52,230 nt of DNA from the NCBI GenBank assembly GCA_048938385.1, contig JBHLMG010000016.1, positions 1-52,230 on the forward strand, read 5' to 3'. The position numbers and the translations under genes were made by a program. This stretch comes from Promethearchaeota archaeon (lineage in GTDB: Archaea > Asgardarchaeota > Hermodarchaeia > Hermodarchaeales > Hermodarchaeaceae). A model generated the notes under the pieces. The model searched no databases, was not told the origin of the DNA, and saw nothing but the letters and a program-made list of their open reading frames with translations. Shown in pieces: positions 1 to 10,224 of the stretch; the stretch's first letter is position 1; each line of letters opens with the position of its first letter.

Positions 1-60
1 GACCAACAAGAGTCCATCCTTCACGTACACTTTTCCTGAATCTTTAGGTATTCGTGCCAT
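1..60 (-). CDS. N-terminal fragment of a gene running off the window (MARIPKDSGKVYVKDGLLLV...), product unknown
   Basis: ATG at 60 on the minus strand, open to the window edge; lies downstream of apgM in the same orientation. Confidence 0.45.
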   Translation of the reverse strand, partial: MARIPKDSGKVYVKDGLLLV

Positions 61-193
61 TGCTATCCCTATGAGGGTTGAGCCGTTCGGCAAAATATGA
101 AGCTTACCAAAAAGATGCGGAAATTTCATCCGTTAGCTTAAAGCCTTATGCTCTGTAAATGAAACCCGTTTCCAAAAAAAGCGGGGTCAATTC

Positions 194-1453
194 TTACGCA
201 CCGTACATTGGGGTCTTATCTAGGAAACTCAGTAGCAAGGGCATCAGGGCAACACCGTGTAGATGCCCTAAACCGCCTTCTGCACAGGCGCGTTCATGGA
301 ATTCCTTGACGCGATCATTTCGTACTGCCGGACCAACGAGTAAGAGCGGTACCGGGTCACCAGTATGTTTACCTATCGTACTCGCCGTTGTGTGGTCACT
401 AGTAAGAGCAATGTGGGTATGGTCAGGGTCAATGAGTTCAAGGAGTGTGGTGACCATGTGGTCGAGCTTTTCGACCATGGCCTTCTTCTTCTCTGGGTTT
501 TTATCATGAGCAGCGCTATCTGTGGGCTTGAAATGCAGGAACACAAAGTCGTGGCTCTCTAAAGCCTTGCCAGTAGCCCGTGCTTTGGCTTCCACATCAG
601 TGTCATAACTCGCTGTAGCACCAGGGACCGAAAGGACCTTCATACCCACGCTACGGGCAACCCCTTTGTATAGGGCACCTCCAGCGACACAGGCCGCAGA
701 GACATCGAAAATATCGCTAAGCGATGGGATAACGGGTAGGACGCCAGCCCCGCGGAGGAGCAGAATGTTCGCTTCAGGTTGTCCTGCTTCTTGGCGTTGA
801 GTGTTAAGTGGACTACGGGAGAGCGTTGAATGGAATTGCCGAGTCATCTCGTTGACGACAGCAGCAGTTTTTAGGGCTTCAGGTGTTTCGTCAAGGGGTA
901 AGGCATCCAGCATAGAGTCTCCATGACCATGTGGATCTGTATCTGTAATTGCAGGAGAGAGTCCTTTACCTCGTAATACGATGGCACAACGATGCTCAAC
1001 AGTATGACCGACGATGACTTTGACATCTGGATGCTTTGGAATTTTGATTCCATTGATGAGTTGAGCGAGCTGGTCACCTTCGGGCAGTTGTCTGCCAGCC
1101 CGCCGATCAATAACGCGGAAGCTGGTCCCTGTGCTCGGTTTGACCGTGGCGAAGTTGCCACGAAACGCTACATCAGTGGGTAGGAGTTCAAGCCCTGCAC
1201 CGAGGGCTTCAAAGGGGCCACGGCCCGTGTAGCAATTATGAGGATTGTACCCAAAGAGGGCTAGATGTCCGGTATCACTGCCAGGGGGGATGCCGGGTGA
1301 AAGGACATGTAGTAAACCAGTGGCTCCTTTCTTAGCAAGAGCGTCTAAGGTGGGTTTGGTCGCCGCTTCTAAGGGTGTTTTGCCCTTGAAAGCGGAGATG
1401 GGTCGATCGCCTAGCCCATCGCTTACAATGAGGATTGCTTTTTCTGATGGCAT
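194..1453 (-). CDS. apgM: 2,3-bisphosphoglycerate-independent phosphoglycerate mutase, archaeal type
   Basis: DGLGDRP, TPLEAA, PGSDTGHL, YTGRGPFEALG, AFRGNFAT, D-x3-HD and TSDH alkaline-phosphatase-fold metal motifs; start placed at MPSEK. Confidence 0.93.
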   Translation of the reverse strand: MPSEKAILIVSDGLGDRPISAFKGKTPLEAATKPTLDALAKKGATGLLHVLSPGIPPGSDTGHLALFGYNPHNCYTGRGPFEALGAGLELLPTDVAFRGNFATVKPSTGTSFRVIDRRAGRQLPEGDQLAQLINGIKIPKHPDVKVIVGHTVEHRCAIVLRGKGLSPAITDTDPHGHGDSMLDALPLDETPEALKTAAVVNEMTRQFHSTLSRSPLNTQRQEAGQPEANILLLRGAGVLPVIPSLSDIFDVSAACVAGGALYKGVARSVGMKVLSVPGATASYDTDVEAKARATGKALESHDFVFLHFKPTDSAAHDKNPEKKKAMVEKLDHMVTTLLELIDPDHTHIALTSDHTTASTIGKHTGDPVPLLLVGPAVRNDRVKEFHERACAEGGLGHLHGVALMPLLLSFLDKTPMYGA

Positions 1454-1564
1454 CGCTGAGTCGAGCCCCTGGGTGGAGGTCTCTCCTCCAGCCATAAAAA
1501 CCTACGGTTATTACCGAAACAGCAAAAAAGAGGAAAGGGGAACAAAGAGATGGCCCCTTTTCGT

Positions 1565-1639
1565 GCCGAGGTGGCGGAGTGGCCACGCGACAGCCTGCAG
1601 AGCTGTTCTATGTGGGTTCAAATCCCACCCTCGGCTCCA
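1565..1639 (+). tRNA. tRNA-Cys(GCA), intronless, CCA encoded
   Basis: Acceptor stem GCCGAGG/CCTCGGC; anticodon stem ACAGC/GCTGT with loop CT-GCA-GA; T arm GTGGG-TTCAAAT-CCCAC; U73 discriminator followed by CCA; T-run shortly downstream. Confidence 0.96.
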
Positions 1640-1703
1640 CTTCTAATTATCACTCTGTTTTTTGAAGCGAACCGCGAAGAACTCTTCGAGCAGTTGGATG
1701 AAG

Positions 1704-4700
1704 CTAACCAGCTTTTTGATCTGGTGACACGATAGGAGCAAGGTGAATAGGTTCAAAGAGGCCCTTCATGCGGAGTTGATAAATTGCCATCAAGGCTTCG
1801 AGTTTACTAGCCTTGCCTGCAGCGAGGTATGTGCTCAGGATTTGCCCAAGGAACACATATTCTCGGTCTTTCGTGAGTTCTTGAGAGAGCGTGTAGATAT
1901 CAGATTCTAGTGAGGTAAGTTGAGTGCCACGTGGTTTGCTCGCTGCGACAGTGTGAGGATGGCGGAGCGAAATCAAAAAGATTTCTTCAACTAAATCTGC
2001 CGCGCTGTTGAATTGATCCACGCGCCCTTCCCAGTGTTCAAAATCGCCATGATAACGGGCTTCGAAGGCCTTGGTGAAGTTTTCGAGGCGTTCACGGAGT
2101 TGGTCACTAGGAGTGCCACCGAGAACGATGGCGTTGCGGACGAACTGGCCATCGTGGATGAGGATGCGGAAGCCTTCGTATTGGAGCTCACGGAGCGCTG
2201 TGGCTTCCCCTTTTTCACCGTTGGTTAACCCAGGGCTGTCAGCGAGGTCATGTCCGAAGGTGGAAATCGCTTGGAGGAAGCCTGCCACGAGGGTTGCGTC
2301 TTGACTTTCTTCAGCAAAGGGATCAAAGACGCATATACCGCTTTCCTTGTGGAGAACCAGTAGTCGATTAAGATTGGCAACATCACTGAAAGTATCAGCG
2401 ATAACTTGGTATTTCGCTAGACGGCGTCGGCGTTTCGGAAGAACTACGCGTTGTCGGAAAAAGAAAACGCTTCCAATGATGATGAAAAGAATGATAGCTA
2501 CCCAGGGAAGAGACGAGATTAGCGTAGTCATGGGATGAATATAGGTCCATTGATGATAGACACCTGGCCCATCTAAAAGAGGAGCTTCATCAAGTCCCCA
2601 GTAATACTCGGCTCCATCAATGGTTACGAAAAATGTGTAGGTATCATCGTGGTTGACATCAACAACGAAGGTGGCACGCCCATCTTCAATATACTGTGAA
2701 TCAGAGGGGAGATTGCCCGCGAGTCCGCGAGCTTCGAGGGTGACCTTCGTTCCATCAGGGAGAGGATTGTTCATCGAGGCGCTCGTAGATTTCTGCTGAG
2801 TAATATCATTGCTTAAACTAAATTCAATTGTGACATATAATGGACCATAGAACTGCTGTGGATAGGATTGTTCGATTAATTGGCAACTAATGGTTTGTTT
2901 TTCCAAAATTGTGAGGGTACCAGTTATAGTTGAAGACTGGTAATCGCTGGCTTCAGCATAGATGGTTACGGTGTGGTTCCCGGGAGGAATCCCTCCTGTA
3001 TCGAGCTCCGTAATTTCGTAAAGCCCAATTCCGGGAGTAGCCAAGACTAAGGTGATGTTTTCTCCATTATTAAGGTAAGGGATGAAGGCTTTAACTGTGC
3101 CATGGTGTACATCCTGTCCGGTTAAGCTATCACGAAGAACAACTCGGAGAGGATTAAGATAGGTCCAATTAGGATAGAGGGCAGCAGGCGGATTGGGTAC
3201 ATCGATGTAGGAGGGGCGTGCCCGGGGATGGATATATAGGAGATCAGAAGCCCCTGGTTTGTACCCGAACCGTTCAGCAAAAATTTGAATGACAGGTATG
3301 TCTCCCACATGGAAACTGATTCCATGAATCGGTGTCATATCAATACTAACATTGTAATGCCCAGGTAGTCCTGGAACTATTTCCCAGAGTAACAACTTAG
3401 AGCGACCTAACCACGAAAGAATTGGATATAGCTTTGCGTCCGTGATCGGTGTGTTATTTCTCCCTAATACCTGAATGGTGAATTCTACACCACTCTGGTT
3501 GATGTAGGGATCAGGGGATGTGCGCCATTGATGCGCAGAACTATCCCACCTCGTTCCTTGCCCAGAAACGAATTTGATAATTAGTTCAGGAGCTACAACG
3601 ATGATGAAGTTAGTGGTGTAACTCTGTGCAGGGTACAAGCCTTCAAAGACGGTTAGCGTAATTTGATGGAGCACATCAATTGCGGATTCGTTAGTGTGTG
3701 CCCATATGACATAATATCCTGCCCAAGTATCGTTCTGATACGCTTCTTTCAAGTTCACATAGCTCCAAGGGTGCCATGTAGTATTGGTTAAATCGTTACG
3801 TAAAGAAAGCGTCGCATTGCCCAACCCGTTCCAAGCGTGGTCGCAGTAAAAGACCACGATTTGGAAGTCAGATCCTTGAATGACTTCGGAACCAGGTTCG
3901 GTGGTTCCCCCTAAAACAAACATTTGACTCCCTGGATTAATCGTGAGAAGCGTTTGATTCATTCCGGCTGCGGTTCCATTTGACCAGAAAACCTGGAGAG
4001 TAAACACGCTGGGTATTTCACAAAGTTGTACAGACCACCAAAAGTCCCAGGTGAATTGAACATACCCCACATTGATGTAATTCCAATCGGTCCAATTTAG
4101 CACATCGTTTGGATCATAGGCGGAGAAATTACCGATCCCTGTTACCACTGGACTGCCCCCCGGGTTTTGCAAGTAGCCACGCACATACACCCAATCCGTG
4201 GCATTAGCTTCGGTAATTGGCGTCCACATGGTATCTAAGACCTCAACATCGACGACGAGATTCGCCGATTGGAGAAGAACTGTCCAGTCGGCATCATCGG
4301 CGTGGTTTATTTGCACATAACTAATAGTTGAGAAATCAATGCGCGTCCAGTCTGGGTAGCCGATGCCATCCCGGAGTACATCAATGATGGTCCAACCCTT
4401 CTCTATCGAAATGTAGAGAACAGCATCATAAGCGCGGCTTGGATAGGTTACAAACGCATCAATGGACCAATCGACATAGGTTTCGTTCGCATACGCTGTG
4501 TAGATTGGGAAAGGCCATTGGCGTTCGTAGAACCAGCCCGTCCAACTGACATCAAAGGTAAGGCTCAGTTCCGTGGATGTGACATTGAAGAAGCGGTCTG
4601 TTTTGGTGCAGTTGATGCCAGGGAAGGTTCCCGCGTCAAGGAAACCTGTTCCGGGATAGTAGTTGACATTTTGTACATTGGTCGAGTTCACTTGCAGGTT

Positions 4701-5639
4701 GATTTCGGTAGGATAGGGGTGACGTATGACTGATACATTGAGATGGATATCAATTGGCTGAAAATAGAGGGGGGGACCTCCAACCGCAAACCAGACATCT
4801 GCTTCATCTTCTAAGTCAGGATAAACCAAGTCATCAACAATATTCAAATTGCACTTTCCTGAAGGCATCCCGTAAATAGCCAGATAAAATGTATTACCAT
4901 AAGTTCTCGAAGGATCGAGGATCACTGGCTCGATGGGGAGAAAATCAAAATACACCCACTCCTCAGTTGATTTGTTAGTTGGACCAAAGTCAAAAACCAA
5001 TGATTGGGAAATTTTGTTGTTCAAATCTGGTGCCGTGTTGAAACCGGATGTTGCGTTATATTTTGCTCCGAAAACCGTCAGCTGAACTGGTCCATTAGAC
5101 GCATCCCAAAAGTTCAGCCAGAACCCTTGTAGAATCGTGGGTGTGAACCAAGTAGCGTTAAAGGACACAAAAAGAATTTCATCCACTCCAATTGAATAGA
5201 AAAACAGGGTTTCGTCTGGTGGTAAATCTTCACCCCAAATCATGGTGGGGATGCTCGGAGCACCAAACCGAGTGAAAGTTAAGAATTCGCTATACAGGAA
5301 CCCTCTTTCAATGGCCACTGAAAAGTCATCATCTTGATTTGCGCCGAGGATGGTTTCATTGAGGTGCCATTGTGGTTGGACGAGGCGTTCATAACCAAGT
5401 CCTTGAGATTTTGGATCGAGCTCGGGAATGGGTACATCAGGAGTTGGAACCGAACCGAGTAGATGTTCATAGGGATTTGGTGAACGAGCTTCATCCGAGG
5501 TAGAGGCCTTCGAGGTCCATGAAGAAGAAGCGGAAGTCGCTTCTTTAGTTACCAAGAGCGGTACTTGGGTTGGGAAAGGGAGAAGGGGGAAGAACAAGAC
5601 AGCGAGCAATAATAATGCGAAGACACCTTTCTGCTTCAT
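1704..5639 (-). CDS. Large single-pass membrane protein: signal peptide, ~1000-aa extracellular beta-rich region, TM helix, cytoplasmic longin-like domain and probable C-terminal winged helix
   Basis: MKQKGVFALLLLAVLFFPLLP signal; many NxS/T sequons; TM LPWVAIILFIIIGSVFFF followed by basic RRRR; LLVLHKESGICVF...LVAGFLQAISTFG...LQYEGFRILIHDG pattern typical of Asgard longin-like domains. Confidence 0.7.
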   Translation of the reverse strand: MKQKGVFALLLLAVLFFPLLPFPTQVPLLVTKEATSASSSWTSKASTSDEARSPNPYEHLLGSVPTPDVPIPELDPKSQGLGYERLVQPQWHLNETILGANQDDDFSVAIERGFLYSEFLTFTRFGAPSIPTMIWGEDLPPDETLFFYSIGVDEILFVSFNATWFTPTILQGFWLNFWDASNGPVQLTVFGAKYNATSGFNTAPDLNNKISQSLVFDFGPTNKSTEEWVYFDFLPIEPVILDPSRTYGNTFYLAIYGMPSGKCNLNIVDDLVYPDLEDEADVWFAVGGPPLYFQPIDIHLNVSVIRHPYPTEINLQVNSTNVQNVNYYPGTGFLDAGTFPGINCTKTDRFFNVTSTELSLTFDVSWTGWFYERQWPFPIYTAYANETYVDWSIDAFVTYPSRAYDAVLYISIEKGWTIIDVLRDGIGYPDWTRIDFSTISYVQINHADDADWTVLLQSANLVVDVEVLDTMWTPITEANATDWVYVRGYLQNPGGSPVVTGIGNFSAYDPNDVLNWTDWNYINVGYVQFTWDFWWSVQLCEIPSVFTLQVFWSNGTAAGMNQTLLTINPGSQMFVLGGTTEPGSEVIQGSDFQIVVFYCDHAWNGLGNATLSLRNDLTNTTWHPWSYVNLKEAYQNDTWAGYYVIWAHTNESAIDVLHQITLTVFEGLYPAQSYTTNFIIVVAPELIIKFVSGQGTRWDSSAHQWRTSPDPYINQSGVEFTIQVLGRNNTPITDAKLYPILSWLGRSKLLLWEIVPGLPGHYNVSIDMTPIHGISFHVGDIPVIQIFAERFGYKPGASDLLYIHPRARPSYIDVPNPPAALYPNWTYLNPLRVVLRDSLTGQDVHHGTVKAFIPYLNNGENITLVLATPGIGLYEITELDTGGIPPGNHTVTIYAEASDYQSSTITGTLTILEKQTISCQLIEQSYPQQFYGPLYVTIEFSLSNDITQQKSTSASMNNPLPDGTKVTLEARGLAGNLPSDSQYIEDGRATFVVDVNHDDTYTFFVTIDGAEYYWGLDEAPLLDGPGVYHQWTYIHPMTTLISSLPWVAIILFIIIGSVFFFRQRVVLPKRRRRLAKYQVIADTFSDVANLNRLLVLHKESGICVFDPFAEESQDATLVAGFLQAISTFGHDLADSPGLTNGEKGEATALRELQYEGFRILIHDGQFVRNAIVLGGTPSDQLRERLENFTKAFEARYHGDFEHWEGRVDQFNSAADLVEEIFLISLRHPHTVAASKPRGTQLTSLESDIYTLSQELTKDREYVFLGQILSTYLAAGKASKLEALMAIYQLRMKGLFEPIHLAPIVSPDQKAG

Positions 5640-5857
5640 GATGACCACCTGAGCGTAGACGAATATGGAGCCGCAATTGCATACTCGAGGTTCCTGGAGA
5701 GGGCTGGTTCCTCCCAGGAGTCTACATAGTGCCGCGGAATTCACGCTAAAAAGCATTTGCCTAGATAGGATGTAGAAGAAAAAGGATTGAATATTAAGCA
5801 ACCGCATGGGGAGAAGGCTATAAGGCGATTAGAGGGTAAGTGTGCGTGTTGGTGTGA

Positions 5858-6493
5858 ATGCCGTTGCAAGAGTTTTACGATGTGCTCATGAATCGGCGTA
5901 GCATCCGGTGCTATCGAAGGAAAGAAATTCCAGAGGAGAAGCTGAAGCGCGTGTTGGATGCGGGAAGATGGGCGCCCTCTGCGCATAATAGTCAACCGTG
6001 GCGGTTCCTGGTGTTACAATCAAGGGCTGCTAAGTTGAAGTTGGCTAAAACGATGGGTGAAGCCTTGCGACAGGATAGGGAAAAGGATGGGGGGGATCCT
6101 GAAGACATTGCTAGGGAGGTCAGGGCATCGATTAACCGGTTTACTGATTCACCGGTTATTGTGCTGGTTAGTTTGACGATGCAGGAGATGGATGTGTATC
6201 CTGATAAGGGTCGGCAACAGGCAGAACAGACCATGGCCGTGCAGAGCGTGGCAGCAGCGATACAGAGCATTTTGTTAGCTACGCAGGCCGAGGGATTAGC
6301 GAGTTGTTGGTTTTGTGCTCCGTTATTCTGCCAGGCAGAGGTTCGAGATGTTGTGTCTTTACCTAAAGACTGGATTCCTCAAGCGGTAATCACAATGGGC
6401 TATCCTGCTGAGACTCCACCGCCTCCAGAGAGGTTAGCACTCCAAGAAGTTGTAAAATTCTTTGAGGAGGAACCAGGAGGGTGGATGGGATGA
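5858..6493 (+). CDS. Nitroreductase-family protein resembling the FbiB C-terminal domain (candidate dehydro-F420-0 reductase)
   Basis: RRSIR, APSAHNSQPWRF, YPD-x2-R-x2-AE-x-TM and LP-x-DW-x-P motifs; ATGA overlap with cofD. Confidence 0.8.
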   Translation: MPLQEFYDVLMNRRSIRCYRRKEIPEEKLKRVLDAGRWAPSAHNSQPWRFLVLQSRAAKLKLAKTMGEALRQDREKDGGDPEDIAREVRASINRFTDSPVIVLVSLTMQEMDVYPDKGRQQAEQTMAVQSVAAAIQSILLATQAEGLASCWFCAPLFCQAEVRDVVSLPKDWIPQAVITMGYPAETPPPPERLALQEVVKFFEEEPGGWMG

Positions 6494-7437
6494 CGATTGT
6501 GGCGTTGGCTGGTGGTGTGGGCGCGGCACGGTTTCTACAAGGATTAGTCCAAGTGGTTGTTCCCGAAGAAGTGACGGTCATCGTAAACACGGGTGATGAC
6601 ATGGCGAATTTCATGGGTCTGTACATCTCACCAGACCTAGACATCATCACCTATACCTTGGCCGGTATTGTCAACCCGAAGAAAGGTTGGGGGATTCGCA
6701 ACGATACCTTCTATGGACTCGAGATGTTACAACAACTGGGCTTTGAGACTTGGTTTCAACTTGGTGATCGGGACTTGGGTACGCATCTAGCACGAACAGC
6801 GATGCTCCAACAAGGATGGTCCCTTACAAAAGCGACGAAGGCGATTAGCCAGTCGCTAGGGGTGCGTTGTCACCTTCTGCCCATGACAGATCGATGGGTG
6901 CCGACACGGATTTTGACGGAGGTGGGGTTGATCCATTTCGAAGAATACATGGTGAAACGAAGGTGCCAGGATGCCGTGGAGGATGTAATTTTTGATGGTA
7001 TCGACCAAGCTGAGCCTGCTCCAGGTGTGTTAGAAGCCATTGAAGCGGCTGAGATCCTGATTGTATGCCCAAGTAACCCTATTGTAAGCATTGGTCCGAT
7101 TTTGGCTGTCCCTGGGATCCGTGATGCAGTGAAGAAGATGAAGGCGCCTTGCGTAGGGATCTCACCGATTATTGGGGGAAAGCCGGTCAAAGGACCTGCA
7201 GATAAGCTCATGGAGGGCAAGGGGGTTGAAGTGTCAGCTAAAGGCGTGGCAGAGCTGTATCAAGATTTTCTTGATGCTTTGATTATTGATCAGAAGGATG
7301 TTAAACTGAGATCCGGCATCGAAAAGCTGGGAATTCATGTAGTGGTGGACAACACGCTGATGACCTCGCAGGACCGAAAGCGACAGCTAGCCCAGACCGT
7401 ATTTGAAGCAGCGACGCAGGTAAAGGATTCTTCGTAG
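6490..7437 (+). CDS. cofD: 2-phospho-L-lactate / phosphoenolpyruvate transferase (F420 biosynthesis)
   Basis: LAGGVGAARF, VNTGDD, SPDLD, WFQLGDRD, PSNPIVSIGPIL, VKGPADKLM. Confidence 0.95.
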   Translation: MTIVALAGGVGAARFLQGLVQVVVPEEVTVIVNTGDDMANFMGLYISPDLDIITYTLAGIVNPKKGWGIRNDTFYGLEMLQQLGFETWFQLGDRDLGTHLARTAMLQQGWSLTKATKAISQSLGVRCHLLPMTDRWVPTRILTEVGLIHFEEYMVKRRCQDAVEDVIFDGIDQAEPAPGVLEAIEAAEILIVCPSNPIVSIGPILAVPGIRDAVKKMKAPCVGISPIIGGKPVKGPADKLMEGKGVEVSAKGVAELYQDFLDALIIDQKDVKLRSGIEKLGIHVVVDNTLMTSQDRKRQLAQTVFEAATQVKDSS

Positions 7438-7489
7438 AAAGAAACGCATTTTTATAGTGGACAAACGGCTGATTCAGGCGGGATGTACG

Positions 7490-8947
7490 ATGCTGGAGAT
7501 CTATAACACACTGTCACGCAAAAAGGAGCCATTCAAACCCTTACATGAGGGGAAAGTCCGGATGTATGTCTGTGGTCCCACCGTTTACGATTCCAGCCAT
7601 CTCGGGCACGCTCGTTCCATCGTGGCGTTCGATGTCATTCGTCGTTATCTAGAGTATAAGGACTTGGATGTGCGGTTCATTCAAAATTTTACAGATATTG
7701 ACGATAAAATGATTCAACGTGCACATGAACAAGGCGTGTCTGTGTCGGAATTAGCAACAAAATACATCCAAGAATACTTCGAAGATTTCGATAAACTCGG
7801 GGTGAAACGAGCTACAGCTTTTCCTAAGGCGACGCAACACATCGACGATATGATCGAATACATTCAGAAACTCGTTAAGAAAGGCTTCGCGTATGAAGCA
7901 GAAGGTAGCGTCTATTTTCGAGTGCCTAAGTTTAGGGGCTATGGGAAATTATCACGACAGGAACCTCAAGAACAGGCAGCAATGGATGCAGATGAAGCCA
8001 AAACTAGCGAAAAGGAGAATCCTGCTGATTTTGCCCTGTGGAAGGCGATGAAGCCCCAAGAACCTTATTGGGAATCTCCCTGGGGGAAAGGACGACCAGG
8101 TTGGCACATTGAATGCTCCGTTATGGCAGCGAAGTATCTGGGTGAGCCCATTGATATCCATGGTGGCGGGTTAGACTTGGTATTTCCTCATCACGAAAAT
8201 GAAATCGCTCAGTCAGAAGCGCTGAGCGGGAAGCCCTTTGTGCGATATTGGATGCACAATGGATTTCTTACAGTGAATAAAGAGAAAATGTCCAAGTCGC
8301 TGGGTAACTTCTTCACAATTCAAGAAATTACTGCACGGTACGATCCTGAGGTTGTGCGGCTCTTTTTGATTTCATCCCATTATCGTAGTCCCATTGATTT
8401 CAGCGATGCGCAGCTTGAGGAAGCTCAAGCCCGGCTCACGCGGATTCATAATTCAATTGATTTACTGCTGCGACGACTGCGTGATGCTCTAACAGAGGAG
8501 GCCCAGGACCCAGTGAAGCCGTCAGAGGCGGATACCAAATTATGGCAAGCTCTAGAAGTTCTTCGGAGTGAGTTTGAAACCGCAATGGATGAGGATTTCA
8601 ACACGCCCGTTGCGTTGGCTAGTTTGAGCACCTTTCTTTCTACCCTAAATACTCAGCTTGCCACAGCCCAGACAATCACTGCAGGAACCCTACAGAAAAC
8701 CGTAGAACTCCTCGACGAAATTGGCGAAGTCTTTGGATTGTATCGGAATCGGATGGCAACGATGATCTCTGATGCGGCGGCATCCTCGCGAGTTGATGAC
8801 CTTGTACAACTCCTCATTGATTTGCGCAATAGTGCACGAAAACACAAGGATTTTGCGACCGCCGATCGCATCCGGGATAACCTGAAAACCCTCGGTATCC
8901 TCCTTGAGGATGGAAAAACCGGCACTACCTGGAAGGTGACCAAGTAA
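7490..8947 (+). CDS. cysS: Cysteine--tRNA ligase
   Basis: [14 protein letters not shown] (HIGH), [36 protein letters not shown]. Confidence 0.97.
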   Translation: MLEIYNTLSRKKEPFKPLHEGKVRMYVCGPTVYDSSHLGHARSIVAFDVIRRYLEYKDLDVRFIQNFTDIDDKMIQRAHEQGVSVSELATKYIQEYFEDFDKLGVKRATAFPKATQHIDDMIEYIQKLVKKGFAYEAEGSVYFRVPKFRGYGKLSRQEPQEQAAMDADEAKTSEKENPADFALWKAMKPQEPYWESPWGKGRPGWHIECSVMAAKYLGEPIDIHGGGLDLVFPHHENEIAQSEALSGKPFVRYWMHNGFLTVNKEKMSKSLGNFFTIQEITARYDPEVVRLFLISSHYRSPIDFSDAQLEEAQARLTRIHNSIDLLLRRLRDALTEEAQDPVKPSEADTKLWQALEVLRSEFETAMDEDFNTPVALASLSTFLSTLNTQLATAQTITAGTLQKTVELLDEIGEVFGLYRNRMATMISDAAASSRVDDLVQLLIDLRNSARKHKDFATADRIRDNLKTLGILLEDGKTGTTWKVTK

Positions 8948-10224
8948 TGAAGGCCTTGATTCTTGCAGCGGGATATGGTACTCGATTACATCCCTTGACG
9001 CAATTTCGTCCCAAAGCCATGCTTCCCCTCCTGGGAAAGCCTATGCTCGATCATGTTATTGACACTATCAAAGCCGCGGGAATAACAGAGATTGTACTGG
9101 TTGTAGGACATTATCGTGACCAAATCGAGGCCTATTTCGGCGATGGAGAGAACTTTGGCGTTCAGCTCTCCTATGCCGTGCAAGCAGAACCTAAGGGCGA
9201 ATATGATGCCGTCTTAGCTGCAGAGAAAGCCTTAGAGGGTGTAGACCGGTTTTTGATGACGGATTGTGACATCATCACGACGGCCAATCGATTCAAAGAT
9301 ACCATGAAAGCTGCAAGAACCAGCGATATGGCCTTATCCCTCTTCGCCGTACCGAATCCTTCGCAGTTCGGCGTGGTGGAACTGGATGGTAATACCATAA
9401 CCACGATTGTTGAAAAGCCCGCACCCGGGACCGAACCAAGCGACCTTGCTGTAGCGGGCGTGTACATCTTTACTCCGGCGATATTTGATGCACTCCGAAA
9501 AACGAGAGATCTAGAAGTAGGCATACAACATCTCATCGATGCTGGCCACACCTTCCATGGAAGCCACTCAAAAGATCCCTGGGTGGATGTGGGGCGTACT
9601 TGGAACATCTTGGAAGCCTCCCCTTTATTGTTTGAACGACTTCGCCAATCGAAGGAGAAAAGGATCGATTCCTCCGCTACGGTGAGCGAGGCAGCTCATC
9701 TCCTCGGAGATGTGTGGATTGGTGCGCGTGCACGAATATTTCCAGGCGCCACCCTAGTTGGTCCAGTGTTCCTAGGTCCTGAAGCGATTGTAGGAAATAA
9801 CTGCCTAATTCGTGACCATACTGTTTTGGAGGCAAACGTGAGCGTGGGATTCTCGTGTGAAGTCCGCAATACGGTAATGATGCCTCGCAGCCGAATTGGT
9901 CACCTAGCCTTTGTCGGAGACAGTATTTTAGGCTATGATGCGGATCTTGGGGCAAGCGTGGTGTTATCGAATTACCGGTTTGATGGAGAGGCGGTGCATG
10001 TAATGCTCCGTGGGAACCTCGTCTCGACGCATACTGACAAGTTTGGTGCGGTTCTGGGTGACCAAGTGAAGATTGGCTGTGGTGCTGTTGTGTTGCCGGG
10101 ACGAACGATTGGCTACAATTCATGGATCGATCCAGGTATTGTGGTGAATCGGGATGTACCCGATAACACCCATCTGAAATTACAGCAATCTTTTCGCGAG
10201 GAGACACGGCGTCCCTCTACTTAA
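8947..10224 (+). CDS. glmU: Archaeal bifunctional sugar-1-phosphate nucleotidyltransferase/acetyltransferase (GlmU-like)
   Basis: LAAGYGTRLHPLT..PK, VEKP, C-terminal hexapeptide repeats, HLAFVGDSILG, KFGAVLGD. Confidence 0.82.
   Translation: MKALILAAGYGTRLHPLTQFRPKAMLPLLGKPMLDHVIDTIKAAGITEIVLVVGHYRDQIEAYFGDGENFGVQLSYAVQAEPKGEYDAVLAAEKALEGVDRFLMTDCDIITTANRFKDTMKAARTSDMALSLFAVPNPSQFGVVELDGNTITTIVEKPAPGTEPSDLAVAGVYIFTPAIFDALRKTRDLEVGIQHLIDAGHTFHGSHSKDPWVDVGRTWNILEASPLLFERLRQSKEKRIDSSATVSEAAHLLGDVWIGARARIFPGATLVGPVFLGPEAIVGNNCLIRDHTVLEANVSVGFSCEVRNTVMMPRSRIGHLAFVGDSILGYDADLGASVVLSNYRFDGEAVHVMLRGNLVSTHTDKFGAVLGDQVKIGCGAVVLPGRTIGYNSWIDPGIVVNRDVPDNTHLKLQQSFREETRRPST

Noticed and set aside
1565-1639. 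tRNA-Cys as an integration site
   Set aside because: I found no duplicated tRNA 3' end and no integrase in the window
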